From contig NW_021826086.1 in assembly GCF_006345805.1 (NCBI RefSeq), positions 1 through 13,643 of the forward strand: a stretch of 13,643 nt of DNA, given 5' to 3'. The translations under genes and the position numbers were made by a program. Positions 1-8,107 of the stretch are shown piece by piece. Every line of letters begins with the position of its first letter. Within the stretch, counting starts at the first letter, position 1. Under the pieces are notes generated by a model. It saw only the letters and a program-made list of their open reading frames with translations. It made no database searches and was not told the origin of the DNA. Source of the DNA: Octopus sinensis. Taxonomy: Eukaryota.

Positions 1-52
<52 letters not shown>

Positions 53-160
53 CAGACAAACAGGCAGACAGATAGACAGAGAGATAGATAGATAGCTAGA
101 TAGATAGAGAGATAGAGATAGATAGATAGCTAGATAGAAAGATAGTAGATAGATAAATAG
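1..160. repeat. (TAGA)n/(GATA)n tetranucleotide microsatellite, degenerating to the right, cut by the window start
   Basis: Pure tagatagataga... for about 50 nt, then gaca/gaga/gcta variants. Confidence 0.98.
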
Positions 161-424
161 ATAGCCAGGAAGACAGGCCAAGCGATATTATTTCAGATAA
201 AGGAAGACATATACGCAAAGAGAACAACAGCGAAATGTATTACTGTTGTTTGTATCACATTAAGACGAGTAGAATGCTTGGCCTTTTTAGATTTGAAGCG
301 TGTGTGTAAGAAGCATTTGTCACAAGTGTGTGTTTTATTGAACTTCGCTCTCGACATGTGTCTGGGCGATGAAAAAACAGATATACCACCGAGTCGCATG
401 CATGCAATTAAAATGTGTGTGCAT

Positions 425-790
425 GTGTGCAAAGGCGTGGCTGTGACGTAAGAAGCTTGATTCTGGGTTCTTCCTGGCCCCATGGGCAAGAGGTTTCTAC
501 TATAGCGCCGTGCTGACCAGAGCTTTGTCAGTTGACTTGGTAGACGGAAATTGAAAGAAGCCCATCGTATATATTATTATGTATATATACATATTGTCCT
601 CCTGCCATCGCTTGATAACCGATGCTGATGTGTTTATGTAGCCTAAACTTAGCGGTTCGTCAAAATTTACCAATATAATAAGCACTAGGGTTAAAGGAAG
701 AAATCCCGGAGACGATTTCTTTGACTAAAACCTGTCAAGGCGGTGCTCCAGCATGGCGGCAGTCAAATGACTGAAACAAGTAAAAAGAAA
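425..790 (+). mobile_element. SINE family A, diverged copy with a partly deleted head
   Basis: ggcgtggctgtg...atgggcaagaggtttctactatagc...ttggtagacggaaattgaaagaagcccatcgtat...cttagcggttcg...ggcggtgctccagcatggcggcagtcaaatgactgaaacaagtaaaaag. Collinear with the reverse complements of 1795-2200 and 7551-7958. Confidence 0.9.
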
Positions 791-835
791 TTCGTAGGAA
801 ATTTTAGTTAAACGTATTTATTGTTTTAAACACTG

Positions 836-1204
836 GTACATCAGTTTCAGTTCCTTAGGCTGAACCGCTAGGTTACTTACACCAATTCCGTTGGTGAAAC
901 GGTAGTAGGGGGTCAACACACACACACTCACACACACACACACACACACGCGCACACACACACACATACACGCACGCACACACGCACACACACAACACAC
1001 ATACACACACACACACACACGCATGCTCGTATGTATGTGTAGTTGTGTGTATGTATGTATATATATACGATATACTTCTTTCAGTTTCCGTCTACCAAAT
1101 CCAGTTATAAGGGTCTGGACGGCCGGAGACTATATTTGAAGATACCGATCACAGAACCGTGTGGTTTAGAAGCAAATTTGTTACCGCAGAACCACACGTG
1201 CACC
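836..1204 (-). mobile_element. SINE family A, diverged and 3'-truncated, with an expanded internal (CA)n/(TATG)n tract at about 916-1066
   Basis: gctgaaccgctaggttac...gggggtcaacacaca...tacgatatacttctttcagtttccgtctaccaaatcc...agaaccgtgtggtt matches 7551-7958 in the same orientation. Confidence 0.85.
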
Positions 1205-1794
1205 CATTGAATATACATAATGAATATATATACATTTACTCAAGATAAAGTTTGATGTAATTAAATGGCGTATAGCCCTAGGGTTCACAAGTAAACCAGC
1301 ATGACCTAATTTAATGTACCATCCTTTCCATAACTGTTTCATGTGCCTGTATAGTCACAAGTATATATTGACACCCTCTCTGTCGTCCAGTAGAATGCAA
1401 TATATCTGACAGCATGAACGAGAGAAGGAGAGAACGCCAGGACAAAATCAACCTTTTGAACATTAACCACCCACAGGAATTCAATGCACCACCCTGAGCT
1501 TCCAGCGAGTTTCCCATAAAATTTTAAATTTTCGAGTATATGCTCTAAAGACAGGCTTGTTTCACAATACGAGGGTAAGAAATGGTGAAAAATGAAGACA
1601 CGTGTAGTGCTGGTAGACCGGCATTTCGGGTTTATACGGCCTTGGCATAATGCCAGTGCACCGACAAGAAAAACGGGGAAAGCAGTACTTTGCTCAGGAC
1701 CGAAGCTTGTCACCCTCTTAATGATTTGAACGCAGGATCGTATGATCGTGAGCCCATACTTCTCACTACAAGGTCCTGCAACTTCTTTACTCTC

Positions 1795-2200
1795 TCCTTT
1801 TACTCTTTTACTTGTTTCAGTCATTTGACTGTGGCCATGCTGGAGCACCGCCTTTAGTCGAGCAAATCGACCCCAGGACTTATTCTTTGTAAGCCCAGTA
1901 CTTATTCTATCCGTCTCTTTTGTCGAACCGCTAAGTTACGGGTACGTAAACACACCAGCATCGGTTGTCAAGCAATGTTAGGGGGACAAACACAGACACA
2001 GAAACACACATACATGCATGTATATATATTCTTATATACGACGGGCTTCTTTCAGTTTCCGTCTACCAAATCAACTCATAAGGCTTTGGTCTGCCCGAGG
2101 CTATAGTAGAAGACACTTTTCCAAGGAGGTGTCACACAGTAGGACTGAACCCGGAACCATGTGGTCGGTAAGCAAGCTACTTACCACACAGCCAATCGTA
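1795..2200 (-). mobile_element. SINE family A, near full length
   Basis: High similarity to 7551-7958 along its whole length. The minus strand begins tggctgtgtggtaag...gggttcagtcc (A/B-box-like), carries ccttggaaaag (variant of ccttgggcaag), and ends in a taaaagag tail. Confidence 0.95.
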
Positions 2201-2781
2201 CGCAAAGATTAAACGAAATATTTTGATTTGAAATTTCAAGAACAATACAACAGGAAAAGAATCCTTATGGGATATTTTTATTTCTGGGATACCAGACGAC
2301 ATAATCTCAGTGAACCAGTTAATCTTTTCAAAGTTAAGTTTCGTGCTTAGAGGAAAAGAAGTAACATTGTATGTAAGGGACAACCAAGGAGACGTTTCGA
2401 GTTAAGGTTTTGTCTACAGATTTTCCATAGAAATAATATCCAGCACTGATTTTGTCTCCACGTTCCGTATCCGAAACGCTTCATGTAAACAATACCAATG
2501 AGATCGAAGATGAAGAATGGGTAATGAGCGCATATGCCTTATTTCAGGAGCTTTTGCTCCCACCTGGATTTTGCAGCAATACCAATGCCTGTACCACGCA
2601 ATGGTACAATGGAACTTTCTCTAAAAAGGGTGGGCATATCTGGAACGTCTTTGACAATACGACTGTTGAGCCAAAGCAATAAACAGTTGCTCAATCTGTT
2701 AGAAATAGTAACCAAATGGAAAGTGTATCTAAATAAAAAAGAAATGAATCATTGTATATTACAGTTCTATATATAAGTCGG

Positions 2782-3161
2782 GGAGGCGCAGTGGCCCAGT
2801 GGTTAGGGCAGCGGACTCTCGGTCGTAGGATTGCAGTTTCGATTCCCAGACCGGCCGTTCTGAGTGTTTATTGAGCAAAAACTCCTAAAGTTCTACAAGG
2901 GTCTGACAGGGTTTGTGGCGAAACCTGTTGTATTCTTTCACCACAACTTTCTCTCACTCTTACTTCCTATTTCTGTTGTACCTGTATTTCAAAAGAGCCA
3001 GCTTTGTCACACTCTGAGCCACGCTGAACCTCTCTGAAAACTACGTTAAGGGTACACGTGTCTGTGGAGTGCTCAGTCACTTGCATAATAATTCAACAAG
3101 CAAGCTGATCCGTTGATCGTATCAGCTGGGACCCTCGTCGTCGTAACTGACGTAAAGTGCC
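2782..3161 (+). mobile_element. SINE family C (tRNA-Arg-like head), tail type C1
   Basis: A box TGGCCCAGTGG, D-stem gccc/gggc and B-box-like GTTTCGATTCC. gactctcggtcgtaggattgcagtttcgattcc resembles eukaryotic tRNA-Arg(TCG) GACTTCGGATCAGAAGATTGCAGGTTCGAGTCC. The first ~190 nt are homologous to 10990-11165. The 3' boundary is approximate. Confidence 0.8.
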
Positions 3162-3289
3162 ACGATATACATGTCGTAAAAATAACGTGTGGTGGCCACT
3201 TTTGGAAGGATTTTGATCATAGGTAGCTACGCAATGATGTCTGAGCTTGAGTTAAACATCTACAACAATACTGTCATCATTAACAACAC

Positions 3290-3935
3290 CAAAATCAGTA
3301 AACATATTAGCACCGCCACCACCACCACAGCTACCATCAGCAAGACCACCATCACCACCACCACCACCACCACCATAACCACTAGCATTATAATCTCCAC
3401 CAACTCCATCACCTACACTATATCGCCACCAAGAGCATCACCACCACCACCACACTCATATACACCGTGACGAAAACAACCACCGCCACCACAACCACCA
3501 TAAACACTACCACTATCACCACCACCAACAACATCATCAGCAGCAGCAGCAGTAGCAGAGTATCACCGCCACCACCACCACCACCACCACCCCTCCAGTA
3601 TCAATATTCACTCCAACACCATCAACGCAGCCGCCAGCAACATCACCACAAACCACCATCACCACTCCCACCATCACCACCACCACCACCACCACCACCA
3701 CCATCATCACCACCACCACCACCACCATCAAAAACCACAACAACAGCAGCAGCAGCACTAAAGCATATCCACGAAAACCCATTTTCAGTAATTTCTAACA
3801 TCGATACCACAACTAGCGCCGCCGAAACCGCCTTCCACTACTTACTACAAGCAATCAATAAAGCACCCCCCCCACCACTACCATCACTACCTCCCCCCCC
3901 CACCAACTACCAGCAACCATTTTCACCTCCACCAG
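3290..3935. repeat. Cryptically simple (ACC/CCA/CAG)n trinucleotide tract
   Basis: Runs of accaccacc, cagcagcag and caccatcac. Explains the poly-T/P/H ORFs at 3189-3949. Confidence 0.95.
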
Positions 3936-3957
3936 TTGAGAGCCTATAAAAAATATC

Positions 3958-4025
3958 GGGGACACAGAGCGGAAATTGAAACCCCGCCCCGCGCAGTGAC
4001 ACCGAAAAGTGTTCTAGTTTCTGAG
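3958..4025 (-). mobile_element. Possible decayed tRNA-derived SINE head fragment
   Basis: The minus strand reads ...gcggggtttcaatttccgctc, a B-box-like motif in a GC-rich island between two simple repeats. No second copy in the window. Confidence 0.25.
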
Positions 4026-4055
4026 ATATTGTGCGATTTGTAAAGGGATGCTTAC

Positions 4056-4900
4056 GTATGTATGTAGGTGTGTATATATGTATGAATGTATGCATGTGTG
4101 TATAAATGTATGCTTGTGTGTATGTATGTATGCATATATGTATTGTTTAAGCGTGCATGTGTGTATGTATATATGTAAGTATGTATGTATGTATGTATTA
4201 TGTATCTATGTATGTGTGTATGTATGCATGTATGTATCATTTATGTGTGTATGAATGTATGCATGTATGTATGTGTGTATGTATGTATGTATTATTTATG
4301 TATGTATGTATGTATGCATGTATGTATCATTTATGTATTATTTATGTATGCATGTATGTATGTATGTATGTATGTATGTATGTATGTATGTATGTATGCA
4401 TGTATGTATCATTTATGTATTATTTATGTATGTATGTATGTATGTATGTATGTATGTATGCTGTATGTATGTATGTATGTATGTATGTATGTATGTATGT
4501 ATGCCTGTATGTATGTATGTATGTATGTATGTGTGTGTGTATGTATGTATGTATTATTTATAAATGTATGCTTGTGTGTATGCATGTATGCATATATGTA
4601 TTGTTTAAGCGTGCATGTATGTATGTATATATGTAAGTATGTATGTATGTATGTATGTATGTATGTATGTATGCATGCATGCTTGTATGTATGTATGTAT
4701 CATTTATGTGTGTATGAATGTATGCATGTATGTATGTGTGTATGTATGTATGTATTATTTATGTATGTGTGTATGTATGTATTATTTATATATGTATGCG
4801 TGTATGTATAAATGTACATGTGTACGGTCGTATGTAAGTGTTTGTGTGTGTTATGTATGAAGGTATGTATATGTATTTATGTATGTGTACGTATGTGTGT
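4056..4900. repeat. Very long (TATG)n array with higher-order internal duplications
   Basis: About 850 bp of tatg units. Variant cassettes recur at 458-463 bp and 82 bp spacing. Confidence 0.98.
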
Positions 4901-5120
4901 GAATACGTGAATATAGGCATGTAAGTGCATGCTTATGTATACATGTCTGTGTATCAACGTTTGTATACATGTACGTATGTATGTATACGAGTGTGAATAT
5001 ATGCATGTTAGCATGTATCTACATATGAAGGTATATAACATGTGTGGGTGTGTATATGTATATATATATTTGCATGTATGCATATATATATAATATATAT
5101 ATACGTATATATGCACCCAC

Positions 5121-5183
<63 letters not shown>

Positions 5184-5226
5184 TATATTTGCATGCATGC
5201 ATATATACATAGGTATATATGCATGC
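4901..5226. repeat. Degenerate TA/TG/CA low-complexity tract including pure (TA)n at about 5122-5175
   Basis: Direct reading of the sequence. Confidence 0.9.
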
Positions 5227-5458
5227 GGCGGCGAGCTGGCAGAAACGTTAGCACGTCGGGCGAAATGCTTTGCGGTATTTCGTCTGCCGTTACGTTGTGA
5301 GTTCAAATTCCGCCGCGGTCGACTTTGCCTTTCATCCTTTCGGGGTCGATAAATTAAGTACCAGTTACGCACTGGGGTCGATGTAATCGACTTAATATCT
5401 ATGTCTGTCCTTGTTTGTCCCCTCTGTGTTTAGCCCCTTGTGGGTAATAAAGAAATAG
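5227..5458 (+). mobile_element. SINE family B (tail type B1), full length, with an 18-bp target-site duplication
   Basis: Head ggcggcgagctggcagaaacgttagc...gagttcaaattccgcc, body gtcgactttgcctttcatcctttcggggtcgataaattaagtaccag, tail ...gccccttgtgggtaataaagaaatag. ATAGGTATATATGCATGC occurs at both 5209-5226 and 5455-5472. Confidence 0.97.
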
Positions 5459-5472
5459 GTATATATGCATGC

Positions 5473-5562
5473 ATGACTATACATACATATATATATAATA
5501 TATATATATATATTTATAGATAAATAGATAGATAGATAGATACACATATATACATATATATA
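5473..5562. repeat. Mixed (TA)n/(TAGA)n microsatellite
   Basis: Direct reading of the sequence. Confidence 0.9.
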
Positions 5563-5695
5563 TAAGATTTTTTTGCGTAATGAGATAAAAACCAAGAGTG
5601 TGTAGATATGAGAAGCTGTAAGACCTTCTACCTATAAATGTTCTAATATCCACAAAGCCTTGGTTTTTGTTATCTCATTACGCAAACAATTCTTA
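5563..5695. mobile_element. Fold-back (palindromic) MITE-like element, about 135 bp, flanked by TA
   Basis: tttgcgtaatgagataaaaaccaag (5572-5596) is the reverse complement of cttggtttttgttatctcattacgcaaa (5659-5686) apart from a 3-nt bulge. Pairing continues outward (taaga/tctta) and inward (gtgtgtagatatgagaa / ttctaatatccacaaag). Confidence 0.65.
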
Positions 5696-5923
5696 TATAC
5701 ACACGCTGACATAGAACGAACGTTGAACCCCTTATTCGCAAAATTACCGAATCTGGAACTTAGCTATGGTCTGTCTATAGCACATATTCAGCATTATCTG
5801 ACACCTTTGGGTCTCAATGACACCATTATCTGTTTTCACCTATATATATAATTCTGACTTGAAAGACTTCACCAGGTGGTGCTATTAAGTTAGACATGGC
5901 CTGGGCCAATAATGGCCGAAACC

Positions 5924-5947
5924 TATCAAAGTATCAAAGTATCAAAG
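5924..5947 (+). repeat. (TATCAAAG)x3 octamer tandem
   Basis: Three perfect copies at 5924, 5932 and 5940. Confidence 0.9.
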
Positions 5948-5996
5948 TATATATGTATATATATATATATATAGGTATACACATACATACATACAT

Positions 5997-6045
<49 letters not shown>

Positions 6046-6102
6046 GCATACATATATATATATATATACATATATACATATATATACATACATATATGTA
6101 TG

Positions 6103-6135
<33 letters not shown>
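5948..6135. repeat. (TA)n microsatellite with CA/TG interruptions
   Basis: Direct reading of the sequence. Confidence 0.97.
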
Positions 6136-6137
<2 letters not shown>

Positions 6138-6171
6138 ATAATATTAGGGAGTAAATCCAAACTTACAGGGG

Positions 6172-6201
6172 AAAATTAGATTTGGGATTAAATCTAATTT
6201 T
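6172..6201. other. Perfect 12-bp hairpin AAAATTAGATTT-gggatt-AAATCTAATTTT
   Basis: 6172-6183 is the exact reverse complement of 6190-6201. Confidence 0.85.
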
Positions 6202-6364
6202 ATAGTATAAATATATATTATATTAATGTATGTATGAATATGCACCTATTCGTATAAATATGTCCGATGTGAGATATTTAAGAACTGCGATTTCTTTCAT
6301 TAACCTATGACACATTTCCGACGGAGGTGTCGAATGTGGGGATATGCAGAAGTGAGACGGCCTA

Positions 6365-7085
6365 GCGGTGTGTGACACTGTGGCGGTGTGCAGTGGTGTA
6401 TATCGGTGCATTGAAGCGTTGCTTTGTGCTGGTGTGTAGCGGTGCGATGGCATCATATCTGGTAGTTTTGTGTGTAATGGTTGTGCCGTTGTGACGCGTG
6501 TTACCGTATAGCAATGGTGTTGTAGTGGTAGTAGAGGTTGCAGTATATAGTAGGAATCGCGCGGTGCTTCGGTAGTGGTGGTGGTAGAGTGTTGGTGTGT
6601 TAGTGGTGCTAGTGTGAGTGGTGGGGTTGGTGGTGCTGGTGGTGTTTGCTGTGGTATTGATAGTTAATGCTGTGGTTGTGTAATTTTGAAGTGATGAGGT
6701 GGTGAGTATACCGTGTTGTACCAGTAGCAGCTTAGTGGAAAGCGGTGTGTTGGTGGTTGTGGTGATGGTTGTGGTGGTAGTGGTGGTCTTATGCTGGGGA
6801 TGGTGATTGTGATGTTGGCGGGGGTGATGGTATTGGTATTTGTGTTTGTAGTTGTGGTGGTGATGGTGGTGGTGGGGTTGTAGTGGTGGTCACGGTGGTG
6901 GTGGTGGTGGTGATGGTGCTGGAGACGGTTTGGCGGGTGCAGGTGGCCGTGACGGCGCTCATGTTGGTAATATTACTGCGGCTACGAAAACGACGGTGGT
7001 GGAGGCGGCTGCGGCGGTGGGGGGGGATAGTGGTAGTATCATTGTTGCTATTGACGTTGTTGCTGTTGTTGTTGCTGGTGCCAGT
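6365..7085. repeat. Cryptically simple (GGT/GTG/GTT)n tract, the strand-reversed counterpart in composition of 3290-3935
   Basis: ggtggtggt, gttgttgct and gtagtggtg runs. Explains the poly-V/T/P ORFs at 6789-7160. Confidence 0.93.
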
Positions 7086-7144
7086 TGTCGCAGTCCTACA
7101 CTTATAATTAAAACTATTTATAAAAATTAAGCTACGGATATATG

Positions 7145-7373
7145 TTTCTTTATTACCCACAAGGGGCTAAACATAGAGGGGACAAACAAGGACAGACAAA
7201 GGGATTAAGTCGATTACATCGACTCCAGTGCGTAACTGGTACTTAATTTATCGACCCCGAAGGGATGAAAGGCAAAGTCGACCTCGGCGGAATTTGAACT
7301 CAGAACGTCAAGACAGACAAAATACGGCTACGCATTTCGCCCGGCGTGCTAACGATTCTGCCAGCTCGCCGCC
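7145..7373 (-). mobile_element. SINE family B (tail type B1), full length
   Basis: The reverse complement aligns end to end with 5227-5458, with about 17 mismatches over ~230 nt by eye. Confidence 0.97.
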
Positions 7374-7550
7374 TATAAACAGAAACGTTTTTATATTCAA
7401 GAGGTGCGAGCAGGGGCTCGAACAAGCATAGGGCATTTTAATTGTTGTTTAATAGTATACATACACACAGAGGCACATATTAGCAGATACTTGCACGGAT
7501 ATCTTCGAACCCATCGTCTTCTACACCCAGAGTATAAATTTGCTGCTATA

Positions 7551-7958
7551 CTCTTTTTACTCTTTTACTTGTTTTAGTCATTTGACTGCGGCCATGCTGG
7601 AGCACCGCCTTTAGTCGAGCAAATCGACCCCGGGACTTATTCTTTTGTAAGCCCAGTACTTATTTTATCGGTGTCTTTTGCCGAACCGCTAAGTGACGGG
7701 GACGTAAACACACCAGCATCGGTTGTCAAGCAATGCTAGGGGGACAAACACAGACACACAAACACATATACACACATATATATATACATATATACGACAG
7801 GCTTCTTTCAATTTCCGTCTACCAAATCCACTCACAAGGCATTGGTCGGCCCGGGGCTATAGCAGAAGACACTTGCCCAAGATGCCACGCAGTGGGACTG
7901 AACCCAGAACCATGTGGTTGGTTAGCAAACTACTTACCACACAGCCACTCCTGCGCCT
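7551..7958 (-). mobile_element. SINE family A, full length and best preserved; possibly a CORE-type octopus SINE
   Basis: Minus strand: aggcgcaggagtggctgtgtggtaag...gggttcagtcccactgcgtggcatcttgggcaagtg (CORE-like cttgggcaag motif), an internal TA/TG tract, then ...gataaaataagtactggg...ggggtcgatttgctcgactaaaggcggtgctccagcatggcc...aagtaaaagagtaaaaagag. The family assignment is from memory only. Confidence 0.95.
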
Positions 7959-8107
7959 ATTATATATATATATGAAATATACTGAAACGGAAGGACATTT
8001 GGAAACTGGGTCAAGGATCATACAAGTATCAAAATCGAAAATAACCTTAATTTCTTGTAATATAAGTACAGGATTGATTTCTTCATGTGTTCTACACTTT
8101 TAGTAAT

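Noticed and set aside
1568-1580. TACGAGGG, a mariner-type TIR start
   Set aside because: No matching inverted copy was found in the window.
2782-2855. tRNA-Arg-like gene (also 10990-11062)
   Set aside because: A/B boxes and a D-stem are present, but the acceptor and anticodon stems do not pair properly and the sequence runs into a shared SINE body.
3189-3949. Poly-Thr/Pro/His ORFs resembling mucin, extensin or formin
   Set aside because: They are translations of an ACC-type simple repeat that is open in several frames and on both strands. There is no complex domain or splice evidence. The same applies to 6789-7160 and 9325-9690.
4048-5254. Long [12 protein letters not shown] ORFs up to 208 aa
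   Set aside because: TATG and TA repeats lack stop codons in most frames, so these are artefacts. The same applies to 5896-6160 and 8092-8668.
5019-5372. Recurrent peptide [25 protein letters not shown] (also 7228-7431 and 11913-12203)
   Set aside because: It is the antisense translation of SINE-B, not a gene family.
7400-7432. Minus-strand B box GTTCGAGCCC
   Set aside because: No A box or tRNA-like fold upstream; an isolated motif.
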